A DNA stretch of 64,000 nt from Pseudomonadota bacterium (lineage in GTDB: Bacteria; Pseudomonadota; Gammaproteobacteria; Burkholderiales; Burkholderiaceae_C): the NCBI GenBank assembly GCA_019351955.1, contig JABBOE010000001.1, forward strand, positions 8,234 through 72,233. The letters are read 5' to 3'. The position numbers and the translations under genes are program-made. Numbering within the stretch: position 1 is the first letter of the stretch; each line of letters opens with the position of its first letter. A model generated the notes under the pieces. That model ran no database searches. It saw only the letters and a list, made by a program, of their open reading frames with translations, and was not told the DNA's origin. This document shows positions 19,680-30,072 of this stretch, one piece after another.

Positions 19680-20705
19680 TTGACTGCGACCGTTCCCATC
19701 CTCGTCACTGGCGGGGCCGGCTATATCGGCTCGCATACCTGCGTGGCCCTCATCCAGGCCGGCTACACGCCTGTGGTGTATGACAACCTGTGCAATAGCA
19801 GCGCCGAATCGCTGGCGCGTGTCGAGCGCATCACGGGGGTCAGACCCGTATTCATCCGCGCCGATGTTCGCGATGGCACAGCGCTGGACGCCGCATTCAC
19901 GCAGCACAGCGTGAATGCGGTCATTCACTTCGCCGGGCTCAAGGCTGTCGGTGAGTCGGTCGAGAAGCCTCTCGCGTATTACGACAACAACGTGGGCGGC
20001 ACGCTCACGCTCCTGCAAGCCATGCAGCGGGCAAAGGTGCACAACATCATTTTTTCCTCGTCGGCCACGGTGTATGGTGATCCAGCCTCAGTGCCCATTC
20101 GGGAGGACTTCCCCCTGAGCGCCACCAACGCCTATGGCCGCAGCAAGCTCATGATCGAGGAAATCCTGGGTGACCTGTACCGCGCCGAGCCGCAATGGCG
20201 CATTGCCCGGTTGCGTTACTTCAACCCGGTGGGAGCGCACGAGAGCGGGCTTATCGGCGAGGACCCGCGCGGCATTCCCAACAATCTGATGCCCTATGTC
20301 ACGCAAGTGGCCATTGGTCGACTTGAAAAATTGCGCATTTTTGGGGGCGACTGGCCCACGCCGGATGGCACTGGCGTGCGTGATTACATCCACGTGATGG
20401 ACCTTGCCGAAGGCCACGTGGCTGCCCTTCGGTATCTGCTGGACAATCGGGGCATGTTTACCGTCAACCTGGGCACCGGGCAAGGCTATTCCGTGCTGCA
20501 AATGGTGCAGAGCTTCGGCCGCAGCATCGGGCGCGCGTTGCCCTATGAAATCGTGGCGCGCCGGCCTGGCGACATCGCCGAATGCTGGGCGGATCCAACA
20601 GCGGCGCAACAGCTGCTGGGGTGGAAAGCCAGCCGCGGACTCGATGCGATCTGCGCCGACGCTTGGCGCTGGCAGCAGGGCAATCCACAAGGGTACGGAG
20701 ACTAA
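19680..20705 (+). CDS. galE: UDP-glucose 4-epimerase
   Basis: ORF 19647..20705. The probable start is TTG 19680, 7 nt after AGGAG. ILVTGGAGYIGSHT motif and SSSATVYG. About 340 aa with GalE-like sequence throughout. Confidence 0.9.
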   Translation: MTATVPILVTGGAGYIGSHTCVALIQAGYTPVVYDNLCNSSAESLARVERITGVRPVFIRADVRDGTALDAAFTQHSVNAVIHFAGLKAVGESVEKPLAYYDNNVGGTLTLLQAMQRAKVHNIIFSSSATVYGDPASVPIREDFPLSATNAYGRSKLMIEEILGDLYRAEPQWRIARLRYFNPVGAHESGLIGEDPRGIPNNLMPYVTQVAIGRLEKLRIFGGDWPTPDGTGVRDYIHVMDLAEGHVAALRYLLDNRGMFTVNLGTGQGYSVLQMVQSFGRSIGRALPYEIVARRPGDIAECWADPTAAQQLLGWKASRGLDAICADAWRWQQGNPQGYGD

Positions 20706-20968
20706 TTGGTAGTGCTCCACTTTGTGTGCAGATTCCGCTTGCAAGCAACGCGGCGGGTTGACCTTGCAACGGCCACCACGATATCCGATGCCTTTGCCCC
20801 GCCTTGAGCGGCGCGCCTCGGGGGTAACGCAGCCGGCACGACACCGCCTGGCGATGACCACCTGTCGTCTTTGAGGACTCCAAGGCTTCTGCGCGAAGGT
20901 GAAGGCTCGGCAAGCGGCGGCCTCCACCTCACAATGCGCACGTAACCGTTCAGGGTCGGGCGACGGCC

Positions 20969-22225
20969 TCAGGCTTTCTCGCCCGAGTACACCGGATGCG
21001 TGTCTGCCAGGACCTTGACCGCTGCTTGCACGCGTGTCAGAACGGCCGCTTCTTGCGGGGCATCGAGCATGTCGGCGATCAGGTTGGCGGTCTGCACCAC
21101 CTGCGCTTGCTTGAAGCCGCGGGTCGTCATTGCCGGCGTGCCCACGCGAATGCCCGAGGTGACCATCGGTTTTTGCGGGTCGTTCGGGATCGCGTTCTTG
21201 TTCACCGTGATGTGGGCCTGCCCAAGCAACGCTTCGGCCTCCTTGCCAGTGATGCCCTTGGCCCTGAGGTCGACCAGCATCAGATGGCTTTCCGTGCGAC
21301 CCGAAACGATCCGCAACCCGCGCTGTTGCAGCGCCTGCGCCATGGTTTGGGCGTTGGTCAGGACCTGTTGCTGGTAGACCTTGAACTCGGGCTCCAGGGC
21401 CTCCTTGAAGGCCACGGCCTTCGCGGCAATGACGTGCATCAGCGGCCCGCCTTGAAGTCCTGGAAAGATGGCCGAGTTGATGGCCTTCTCGTGCTCGGCG
21501 CGTGTGAGGATGATGCCGCCGCGCGGTCCGCGAAGGGTCTTGTGGGTGGTCGAGGTGACGACGTCGGCGTGCGGCACCGGGTTCGGGTACACGCCTGCGG
21601 CGATGAGCCCGGCGTAATGCGCCATGTCCACCATGAAGATGGCGCCCACGTCCTTGGCAACCTTGGCGAATCGGCCGAAATCGATGCGCAGGCTGTACGC
21701 CGAGGCGCCGGCGATGATCAGCTTGGGCTTGTGCTGGTGGGCCAGCACTTCCATGCGGTCATAATCGATCTCTTCCTTATCGTTGAGACCGTAAGGCACG
21801 ATGTTGAACCACTTGCCACTCATGTTCAACGCCATGCCGTGGGTGAGGTGGCCGCCTTCGGCCAGACTCATGCCCATGATGGTGTCGCCGGGCTTGAGAA
21901 AGGCGAGGAACACGGCCTCGTTGGCCTGCGCCCCGGAATGCGGCTGCACGTTAGCGGCCTCGGCGCCAAACAGCTGCTTGACGCGCTCGATGGCCAGGGT
22001 TTCGGCCACATCCACATACTCGCAGCCGCCGTAATAGCGCTTGCCCGGGTAGCCTTCGGCGTACTTGTTGGTGAGCTGGGTGCCTTGCGCCTGCATCACG
22101 GCCGGTGACGCGTAGTTCTCGGAAGCGATGAGCTCCAGGTGGTCGTGCTGGCGACGGTTTTCGTGCCGGATGGCGTCCCAGAGTTCCGGATCGGTCTGGG
22201 CGATGGAGATAGTGCGGTCGAACAT
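20969..22225 (-). CDS. glyA: serine hydroxymethyltransferase
   Basis: 418 aa. PLP-lysine motif [12 protein letters not shown] and canonical SHMT sequence throughout. Confidence 0.97.
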   Translation of the reverse strand: MFDRTISIAQTDPELWDAIRHENRRQHDHLELIASENYASPAVMQAQGTQLTNKYAEGYPGKRYYGGCEYVDVAETLAIERVKQLFGAEAANVQPHSGAQANEAVFLAFLKPGDTIMGMSLAEGGHLTHGMALNMSGKWFNIVPYGLNDKEEIDYDRMEVLAHQHKPKLIIAGASAYSLRIDFGRFAKVAKDVGAIFMVDMAHYAGLIAAGVYPNPVPHADVVTSTTHKTLRGPRGGIILTRAEHEKAINSAIFPGLQGGPLMHVIAAKAVAFKEALEPEFKVYQQQVLTNAQTMAQALQQRGLRIVSGRTESHLMLVDLRAKGITGKEAEALLGQAHITVNKNAIPNDPQKPMVTSGIRVGTPAMTTRGFKQAQVVQTANLIADMLDAPQEAAVLTRVQAAVKVLADTHPVYSGEKA

Positions 22226-22287
22226 GCGAAAGAGTCCTTGCAGGCTGCTATGGGATGCATACCCGCTTGAGCGGGTATGGCGTGCTG

Positions 22288-22398
22288 AGAGCCCAGGCGA
22301 ACGGCAGCAAACACTGCGCTTCCCGGTGGTTGCTCCACCTCGACGGGCTGCAGGCGGAACCTTCCGCCGTGCCGTCTTATCGCCAGTCGCGCAGACGG
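22288..22398 (-). promoter_or_regulatory. ZTP (pfl-motif) riboswitch in the glyA leader
   Basis: The minus-strand RNA reads ...CUGCGCGACUGGCGAU...GGUGGAGCAACCACCGGGAAGCGCAG...GCUGCCGUUCGCCUGGGCUC. This contains the conserved GACUGGCG, CCACCGGG-A-GC and CGCCUGGGC blocks. CUGCGC/GCGCAG forms P1 and GGUGG/CCACC forms P2. It lies about 60 nt upstream of the glyA ATG. Confidence 0.7.
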
Positions 22399-22490
22399 TG
22401 AATGGTACAGCAGCAAGTCACTGTCGCGAGGAGCCGCTCAGGCAATCCCCAGCCGGCCGCAAGCCTGTTTGGAGGCTGAGACGGCGGCGA

Positions 22491-23363
22491 TCAAACGCTG
22501 TGCTTGATCGTCTGGGGGGCTTCAGGCTGGCTGCTGGCGGTTTGCTCGGCCTTCGGTGCCGGCAGTTGGGGCTTGGCCGCAGGACCCGCAGCCGCCATGG
22601 CTGCGCCGACAGGAGCCTTGGCACCAGCCACCACCTGTTGAAGGCGCGCTTGCTCAGCGAGCACCTTGGCGGCGTACCCGCCTTCGGTGGCGTTCGACGT
22701 GGCGCCCACATACATCCGTAAACCAGCCTGCAGCGATCCGCCGCGGGCAATGGCGTCTTTGAGCACCACGGCCCCCACCTTTACGTTGGCCATGGGGTCG
22801 ATGCTGGCACGAGGCCCCCCGTATGGCGCGAATTTGTCTCGGTGCACGCTTGCCATGACCTGCATGAGGCCGGTGGCGCCCACAGGACTTTGCGCATATG
22901 GGTTGAAGGACGACTCAACGGCCATGACGGCCAGAATCAATGTGGGATCGAGATGCTCCTGCTTGCCCACCTGCCATGCGCGGCTCACCAGCTCTTGCAT
23001 GGCCAAGGGCGCAATGCTGTAACGGTGCGACAGCCAGTTGGCCACGACCATCTGCGGACGCGTCAATTGCGGACCGGACGGAGCTGCAACGGGCTGCGGC
23101 GCAGTCTGCGCGGCCCGCAAAGTGGCCGAGGCTTGCTGGCCCAGGGCCTGCAGTTCCTCCACTGCGGCCTTGCGTGCCGCCATCCACTGCGTGACGCCCT
23201 TTTCAAGCGACACCACGGTTTGCGGGTGCATATACAGGTAGGCCCCTGCGGCAACAACGAAAAATCCCACCATCATCAGTGTGTGATGGGTCCACTCCAG
23301 GACTTCGGCGCCAACGGTGCGCCAGCTCAATGGCTGGGGTTGGGCCTGCGAGGCATTCGACAT
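22491..23363 (-). CDS. lytic transglycosylase domain protein (SLT family), membrane-anchored
   Basis: ORF 22491..23612 trimmed to ATG 23363, preceded by AGGAGAA. N-terminal TM helix MMVGFFVVAAGAYLY. SLT motifs AVESSFNPYAQSPVGATGLMQV. Confidence 0.85.
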   Translation of the reverse strand: MSNASQAQPQPLSWRTVGAEVLEWTHHTLMMVGFFVVAAGAYLYMHPQTVVSLEKGVTQWMAARKAAVEELQALGQQASATLRAAQTAPQPVAAPSGPQLTRPQMVVANWLSHRYSIAPLAMQELVSRAWQVGKQEHLDPTLILAVMAVESSFNPYAQSPVGATGLMQVMASVHRDKFAPYGGPRASIDPMANVKVGAVVLKDAIARGGSLQAGLRMYVGATSNATEGGYAAKVLAEQARLQQVVAGAKAPVGAAMAAAGPAAKPQLPAPKAEQTASSQPEAPQTIKHSV

Positions 23364-23647
23364 ACGGTTCTCCTGTGTCAAAAAGCGCCTGCACTGCACG
23401 CTGCACAATGGTGCACAGCGAGTAGGCACGGAGCCGGGCACAGATCCGAAATGGGCTCGGGTGCGAGCCTCGCGCCTAAGATGCGTTGCATCGGGGCCGG
23501 CTTGTCTCGGGCCGGAGGCTGTTTCGGGGCGATTTGTTGGCACGCCGCACTGTGCTGGCGGTCTTTCGTGCTCAAGCAGGATGGATTTTAAGGTTTGCTT
23601 ATATCCTGTCAATCTACACGGCCAATCAAAACCAAACTTTTAGATCT

Positions 23648-25183
23648 ATGCAATATCAAGATCTCCGGGATTTCATGGGGTCCTTGCAAGCCCAGGGTGA
23701 ACTGATCGAGGTGCACGAGAGCGTGTCGCCACAGCTGGAAATGACAGCTGTATGCGACGCCATGCTGCAGCGCGCAGGGCCCGCCTTGCTCTTTCGCAAG
23801 CCTTCAGGCTATGCCATGCCGGTGCTCGGGAATTTGTTCGGCACCCCCAAACGGGTGGCCCTTGGCATGGGCGCCAGCGACGTGAGCGAGTTGCGTCGCA
23901 TCGGCCAGGTGCTCGCCCGCCTGAAACAACCGGAGCCGCCCAAAGGCCTCAAGGATGCGGGCGAGTTGCTCCACCTGGTGCGCGCCGTATGGGACATGCG
24001 CCCCGCGGAAATCCGCAGGCCGCCCTGCCAGCACATCGTGCGCCAAGGCAGCGACGTGGACCTGAACAGTCTTCCCTTGCAGACCTGCTGGCCGGGGGAC
24101 GTCGCGCCTTTGCTCACCTGGGGTCTGGTGGTCACACGCGGCCCCCTCAAGGCGCGGCAGAACCTGGGCATCTACCGCCAACAACGCATCGGCCGCAACC
24201 AATTGATCATGCGCTGGCTGGCGCACCGCGGAGGCGCGCTGGATTTTCGAGAGCACGCCGCAGCGCACCCCGGCCAACCCTTTCCCATCGCCGTGGCTTT
24301 AGGCGCGGATCCAGCCACGATCCTCGGCGCGGTCACACCAGTGCCGGACAGCTTGTCGGAATACCAGTTCGCGGGGCTTTTGCGTGGTGGGCGCACGGAG
24401 CTTGCCCGTTGCATGGGTCTGGATCTGCAGGTGCCGGCTCGCGCGGAAATTGTGCTCGAGGGCCATATCCCGCCAGCTGTGCAAGGATTCACGGGCGAAA
24501 GCGAAACCGGGGTACGGCTCAAGGAGATCGGCGGCTATCTGCATGCGCTGGAGGGCCCCTTTGGCGACCACACGGGCTACTACAACGAGCAGGACTGGTT
24601 TCCAGTCTTCGAGGTGCAGCGCATCACGCAGCGCGAAGATGCCATCTACCACTCCACCTACACGGGCAAGCCGCCCGACGAGCCCGCGGTGCTGGGCGTG
24701 GCCCTCAACGAGGTGTTCGTGCCGCTGTTGCAGCAGCAGTTTCCCGAAGTCACCGATTTCTATCTTCCGCCCGAAGGCTGCTCATATCGCCTTGCCGTCG
24801 TGGCTATGCGCAAGCAATATCCCGGGCATGCCAAGCGCGTGATGTTCGGCGTGTGGAGTTTCCTGCGCCAGTTCATGTACACCAAGTTCATCATCGTGAC
24901 GGACGACGACGTGGACATCCGCAACTGGCGCGACGTCATCTGGGCTGTCACGACGCGCATGGATCCAGTGCGCGACACGCTGCTGATCGACCACACCCCG
25001 ATCGATTACCTGGACTTCGCCTCGCCCGAGTCGGGCCTCGGAGGCAAGATGGGGCTGGACGCCACCCACAAATGGCCAGGCGAAACGCACCGCGAGTGGG
25101 GTCGCGTGATCGTGCCCGACGCGCAGGCTACGCAGCGCGCGCAGGCCCTGGTGGACAGGCTGCTGGAAAGTACGCGCACTTGA
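23648..25183 (+). CDS. ubiD: UbiD-family decarboxylase (4-hydroxy-3-polyprenylbenzoate decarboxylase)
   Basis: ORF 23486..25183 trimmed to ATG 23648, giving [22 protein letters not shown], the canonical UbiD N-terminus. About 511 aa. Confidence 0.9.
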   Translation: MQYQDLRDFMGSLQAQGELIEVHESVSPQLEMTAVCDAMLQRAGPALLFRKPSGYAMPVLGNLFGTPKRVALGMGASDVSELRRIGQVLARLKQPEPPKGLKDAGELLHLVRAVWDMRPAEIRRPPCQHIVRQGSDVDLNSLPLQTCWPGDVAPLLTWGLVVTRGPLKARQNLGIYRQQRIGRNQLIMRWLAHRGGALDFREHAAAHPGQPFPIAVALGADPATILGAVTPVPDSLSEYQFAGLLRGGRTELARCMGLDLQVPARAEIVLEGHIPPAVQGFTGESETGVRLKEIGGYLHALEGPFGDHTGYYNEQDWFPVFEVQRITQREDAIYHSTYTGKPPDEPAVLGVALNEVFVPLLQQQFPEVTDFYLPPEGCSYRLAVVAMRKQYPGHAKRVMFGVWSFLRQFMYTKFIIVTDDDVDIRNWRDVIWAVTTRMDPVRDTLLIDHTPIDYLDFASPESGLGGKMGLDATHKWPGETHREWGRVIVPDAQATQRAQALVDRLLESTRT

Positions 25184-25216
25184 TTTTCTTGTTGGGGGCA
25201 AGGCCGAGGCGGCATA

Positions 25217-28200
25217 ATGCTTGGCATGCCCCACACTGCCTCCCTTTGGCTGCGACGCCTGGCTTGGGTTTTGCTGGGTTTGCTGCTGTTGCTTGTGCTG
25301 GCGTTCGCCACCTCGCCCTGGAGCGTGCCTGCGCTGTTGCGGGACAAAACGCCCCAATGGATTGCGCAAAGCCTGGGGCGCCAGGCCAGCGTCGGGCCAG
25401 TGGCCTTCAACCCGCTGAAGCTGCGCCTGCAGGTGGACGACCTGCGCGTGCGCAACGCTGCAAACACCGCTGACGCGCTGCGCGTGCAGCGCGCCGATGT
25501 GCAATTGAGCTGGCGCACCCTGTGGGGCGGCAAGCCGCAAATCACCGCGCTGCTACTTCAGCAGCCGCAGTTGCGCATCGTGCGTGAGCCGTCGGGCGCG
25601 ATGGACTTCGACGACATCCTGCGACGCCTGACCCGCCAGCCGGCCCAACCAGCGTCGGCCCCCCAAACCTTTGCCTTGCGGGATGCCCGCATCACGGACG
25701 GCAGCGTGGTGTTCGACGACCAGGCCGCGCAGGTGGCAACGCGCCTCACAGGCCTGAACGTGAACCTGCCCGAGCTCTCCACACTGGCCGGATCCAATGG
25801 GCAGATGCGCGCGCAGGCCAGCGCCATGCTTAATGGTGCGCCTCTAAAGCTCACGGTCAATGGCGCACCCTTTGCAACCACCTCGCCGGTGACCATCGTG
25901 GTGCAGCTGCAGGGTCTGCAGCTTGCCACCTTTGCCCCCTATCAGCCCGCCACCCTGCCCATCCGCCTGGAAGGGGCGATGCTTTCCATACGCCTGCAGA
26001 CCCGGGTGATGCGCGCGCACCCTGACACCTTGACCATTGCCGGCTCCGTGCAAGTGCAAGACGGCCAGGTGCAGGTCGGCAACGCCAGGCTGGCAGGCTG
26101 GAAAAACCTGGACATTCAGCTCGCAAGCTTGCAACCTTTGACGCATGTGCTGAACGTGGGCGCGGTGCGCATCACGGGACTGTCGGCGCAGCTTGCGCGT
26201 ACCGCCCATGGACTGCAGGGGTTGAGCACCCACGCCTCACCACCCCAGTCCGGCACGGCGCCGAAGAGGCAGTCCGCCTCGGCCCCACAGGACCGGGCAG
26301 GCGCCACGAACGTGTCCGTGCCTGCCGCTGCCCCGCCGCAGGCGCCATCCGTGCCGAATTGGACGGTGCATGTGGGTGCGGTCGTGCTGACCGACAGCCA
26401 CCTTCAATGGCACGACACGGCGGTCCGCCCCGCTGTCGACTGGACTTTTGCAGCCCCCATGCTGCGCGCCGGCCCCCTGACCTGGCCCCTTACACAGCCC
26501 GTACCCTTCAAGGCCGACATCACCGGCCCGCAGGGGCTTCAAGTCCAGATCCAGGGCGACGGCAACCTCCAGCGTGCCCGAGCGCAACTCAGCGCCTCTC
26601 ACCTCGATCCACAACTGGCCGCGCCCTATGCGGCACCCGCGCTTGGCACGATGACCTTGCCGCGCGGGCTTCTTGGTGCGCAGGCCACGCTCGCCTGGCA
26701 AGCAGATACCCAGAGCGTGCTGGCCGACGTGAGCAAAGCGCAATGGACAGGCTTCAGCTTTGGCCCCGCCGGAGGCCTCAAGGCACCTGACATCACAGTG
26801 CGCAACGCTAGCCTGCGCTGGGCCGCCCATCCGCAGACCCTGTTGCTCAACCTGGGTGAAGCGCAGATCCATGCGCTTGCGGCCGGCCGCAATGCGGCAT
26901 TGCACGCCAGCCTGCTTGCTGTGAGCAACGCCCGCATCGATCTGCACGCGCATACCGCGCAGGTTGCCAGCGTGCGCCTGCTGCAGCCCCAGGCCAGCAT
27001 CGCGCGCGACTCCAACGGACAATGGTCCTTCACGCAATGGCTGCCACCCGATCTGCTGCCCAAGGGCAAAGCGGGGAGCTCCACGGCCAAACCCTCGCCG
27101 CCGTGGCGCGTGCAGGTGCGACAGGCACAGCTGGAGGGTGGGCGCTTTTACCTGGCCGACACGATGCCCCGGCAGCCGGTGGTCGTCGCGATCACCCGGC
27201 TCGACCTGAGCCTGCATAACGCCACCTGGCCGCAGACCCACCCCACTGACGTCAGTCTGGCTGCCCAAATCAGCGACGAATTGCAGGCCCCACTTGACAG
27301 GACGCCAGCGCAACCCGCCTCCGCCCCTGCGGCGGCCACCTCCGCGCCGGCCAATGCGTCCCACGTCAGACCCCCGCTGCCGCTCGGCGTGTCCACGGCG
27401 CCGCTGGACGCCGGCGCGGGTCCTGCGGAAGACATTCCGAGCATGGGCACGCTTGCGTTCACAGGGCAAGTCTCGATCAATCCCTTGCACGTGCATGGCA
27501 AACTCGACGCGCGCGATCTGCCGGCGCAGATCGCCGACAACTACATGCCGCCGCGCGTGAATGCCGAAGTGCTGCGTGCGCCGACCAGCGCGGCCGGGGA
27601 GATTGATCTGAGCATGGACCCGCAGGGCCCCAGCTTGCGCTTTGACGGCCAGGCCGGCATCAAGCATTTCGCAGCCGACACCCTGGAGCCGCATGAGCCC
27701 CTGTTGGGCTGGAACAGCCTGCTCCTCGACAAACTGCAGATCACGCACAACCCCAATGTGCACCCCACCACCGACATCAATATCGGGCAGGTCGCGCTGC
27801 GCAACTTTTACGCCCGCGTAGTGCTCAGCGCGGATGCCAAACTCAATCTCACGCAGGTCTTCAAGCCGCTTCCCGAGCAAGGCGCATCGGCTGCGGCCCC
27901 CTCTGGCGGAACACCTGCCGTCGTGACGCACACTGCACCTGCGGTAATCAGCCTGTCCGGCACCGGCGCCGCGGGGCACAACGCGAACGAATGGGGCTCG
28001 GGCATCGGACAGACGAACCTGCAGGCGCGTCCCGCAGCGCCCCTCAACCCGGATCTGGTCGTGAACGTTGGCGGCATCAGCCTGTCAAGCGGACGGGTGG
28101 ACTACACCGACCATTTCATCCGCCCGAACTACTCCACAAGCCTGTCTGCGGTGGAAGGGGCCATCGGTCCTTTTGGCACGGCCAACCCCAAGCCGGCCAC

Positions 28201-29257
28201 AGTCGCGTTGCGTGGCATAGCCCAGGACACGGCGCCGGTGGCGCTGTCGGGCACGGTCAACCCCTTGGTGAGCCCACCGCAGCTCGATCTTCAGGCCAAG
28301 ATGACCGATCTGCAACTGGCGCCACTGTCGCCTTACTCGGGGCGCTATGCAGGCTACAACATCAAGCGTGGCCTGCTTTCGATGAACGTGCATTACGCCA
28401 TCGACTCCGGGGGGCACCTGAAGGCCGACAACCAGCTCATCCTCAACCAACTCACCTTCGGCAGCCGCGTGAACAGCCCCGATGCCACCAAGCTGCCGGT
28501 GCTGCTGGCGGTGGAACTGCTGAAAGACCGCAACGGCAACATCGACCTCAACATCCCCATCTCCGGCTCGCTCAATGATCCCGAGTTCAGCCTGGGCGCA
28601 GTCATAGCCAAGGCGGTGGTCCATCTCCTGGCGCGCGCGATCACCGCGCCGTTCACCCTGCTCGGCCACCTGCTCGGCGGCGGCGTGTCGGCCGAGCAAC
28701 TCAGCCACCTGGCCTTCCTGCCCGGCACCACCACGCTCAAGCCGGCCGACGAACCCAAGCTGGCCGACATTGCCCGTGCACTCAAGGCCAAGCCCGAGCT
28801 CATCCTCACCATCACCGGCGAGGTGGACCCCGCAGCTGAACGCGATGCCTATCGCGAGGCGAGGCTGAATGCCCAGATGGTCAACTTGTGGAAGCGTGAC
28901 CTGCCGCGCGCCGAGGCCTACGCAGCCGCAAAAGCCCAGACCGTCTCGCAGGCGGACTATGCCCGCGTGCTGGCGGCCGTCTACCGCGCCACCCCCCTGC
29001 CTGCCAAGCCTCGAGACGTGCTGGGCCTGCCCAAGACCATTCCCGAGGCCGAGATGCAAAAGCTGCTGCTGCAGAATATCCCCGCAGGCGAGGATCGTAT
29101 GCAGGCACTGGCCATGGAGCGTGCCGTGACCCTGCGCACAGCGCTCGACGCCCTGGGCGTGCCCGGCTCGCGCCAGTTCATCGCCGCACCCGTCCTGGTA
29201 ACCAAGCCCGACGCCAGTTGGACACCACAAGCCAGCCTATCCCTTACCCTGCCCTGA
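25217..29257 (+). CDS. very large DUF748/AsmA-like envelope protein
   Basis: 1346 aa. N-terminal signal-anchor LWLRRLAWVLLGLLLLLVLAF, followed by long beta-rich repetitive sequence. C-terminal block YSGRYAGYNIKRGLLSMNVHY...LLKDRNGNIDLNIPISGSLNDPEF is typical of DUF748 proteins. The family call is from memory only. Confidence 0.65.
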   Translation: MLGMPHTASLWLRRLAWVLLGLLLLLVLAFATSPWSVPALLRDKTPQWIAQSLGRQASVGPVAFNPLKLRLQVDDLRVRNAANTADALRVQRADVQLSWRTLWGGKPQITALLLQQPQLRIVREPSGAMDFDDILRRLTRQPAQPASAPQTFALRDARITDGSVVFDDQAAQVATRLTGLNVNLPELSTLAGSNGQMRAQASAMLNGAPLKLTVNGAPFATTSPVTIVVQLQGLQLATFAPYQPATLPIRLEGAMLSIRLQTRVMRAHPDTLTIAGSVQVQDGQVQVGNARLAGWKNLDIQLASLQPLTHVLNVGAVRITGLSAQLARTAHGLQGLSTHASPPQSGTAPKRQSASAPQDRAGATNVSVPAAAPPQAPSVPNWTVHVGAVVLTDSHLQWHDTAVRPAVDWTFAAPMLRAGPLTWPLTQPVPFKADITGPQGLQVQIQGDGNLQRARAQLSASHLDPQLAAPYAAPALGTMTLPRGLLGAQATLAWQADTQSVLADVSKAQWTGFSFGPAGGLKAPDITVRNASLRWAAHPQTLLLNLGEAQIHALAAGRNAALHASLLAVSNARIDLHAHTAQVASVRLLQPQASIARDSNGQWSFTQWLPPDLLPKGKAGSSTAKPSPPWRVQVRQAQLEGGRFYLADTMPRQPVVVAITRLDLSLHNATWPQTHPTDVSLAAQISDELQAPLDRTPAQPASAPAAATSAPANASHVRPPLPLGVSTAPLDAGAGPAEDIPSMGTLAFTGQVSINPLHVHGKLDARDLPAQIADNYMPPRVNAEVLRAPTSAAGEIDLSMDPQGPSLRFDGQAGIKHFAADTLEPHEPLLGWNSLLLDKLQITHNPNVHPTTDINIGQVALRNFYARVVLSADAKLNLTQVFKPLPEQGASAAAPSGGTPAVVTHTAPAVISLSGTGAAGHNANEWGSGIGQTNLQARPAAPLNPDLVVNVGGISLSSGRVDYTDHFIRPNYSTSLSAVEGAIGPFGTANPKPATVALRGIAQDTAPVALSGTVNPLVSPPQLDLQAKMTDLQLAPLSPYSGRYAGYNIKRGLLSMNVHYAIDSGGHLKADNQLILNQLTFGSRVNSPDATKLPVLLAVELLKDRNGNIDLNIPISGSLNDPEFSLGAVIAKAVVHLLARAITAPFTLLGHLLGGGVSAEQLSHLAFLPGTTTLKPADEPKLADIARALKAKPELILTITGEVDPAAERDAYREARLNAQMVNLWKRDLPRAEAYAAAKAQTVSQADYARVLAAVYRATPLPAKPRDVLGLPKTIPEAEMQKLLLQNIPAGEDRMQALAMERAVTLRTALDALGVPGSRQFIAAPVLVTKPDASWTPQASLSLTLP

Positions 29258-30072
29258 ACGCCAGGCTGTGTGACCCGCAGCCTCCGCGGTCAAGCATGCA
29301 AGCGCCGGCCCTGCGCCTCCCCCTTCCAGGGGCCTGCTCGCCTGTCCAAACAAGGCCACCATTTCAAGCAGTTGCGCGACCCGCGTGAGGCCATTTCTGC
29401 CATATCCGACTTTGCAACATCGGATTGCTTGACGCTCCTGCCCTGCGGGCCTACATTGATCTGACTGCCGCGGTTCAGCCGCGGTGGTGGCCGGACCGGG
29501 TGGAGCCCGGGCCGGAGACCCCCAGAATCCCTGCATCCATGCGGGGTGTGGCATGTGGCAGCAAACCCATGTGCCTCGCTGAACAAGGCCGCGATGCCAC
29601 AGTGCACGCGGCCTTCTTTCTTGATGGGGCTTCGCACGGCCGGCTCACGCTGCCTCGCATCCGGCGTTGGCGTGCCTGCCTCGGTCCATCTGCGCATCAG
29701 CTTGCCGGGCTGCCCGGTTCATGGCATACGCGCGTCGGCGCTGGCAGGCTGGTTGCGTCACTCCGCCAAGCGCCCAAAGCGAACGAGTTTTACGCCTCGC
29801 CCATGTCCATGAAGCGGCTGGGCTCCAGCTGCTCGGCGCGCTCGTCCTGTAAGGACAAAAGCGTCGCAAGCGCGTCGCTGCCAACGCATGCGACGCCACC
29901 GCTCGAGCCGCCTGGTGCACGAGTTGGCCGTTGGTCGCATGGGGCGTGAGACCGTGCCGCACTGCAAAACCCATGCTCGACCCGCGCGTGTTGGCATTGA
30001 CCGCAAGGCCCCCACGGCTGGGCAAAACTGCCGACAATCGCACCTGTTCGCCAGTGCAACCGGAGATTCACG

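Noticed and set aside
20996-22108. 370-aa plus-strand ORF opposite glyA
   Set aside because: Antisense shadow of serine hydroxymethyltransferase, with a low-complexity Arg/His/Leu-rich translation.
23752-25473. 573-aa plus-strand ORF overlapping ubiD in another frame
   Set aside because: Off-frame read of ubiD and the start of the DUF748 gene. Extremely Arg/Pro/Ala-rich. ubiD in the other frame has the canonical sequence.
26237-27979. 580-aa minus-strand ORF inside the DUF748 gene
   Set aside because: Antisense to a much longer, compositionally sensible ORF. Its translation is dominated by R/G/A/H and has no motifs.
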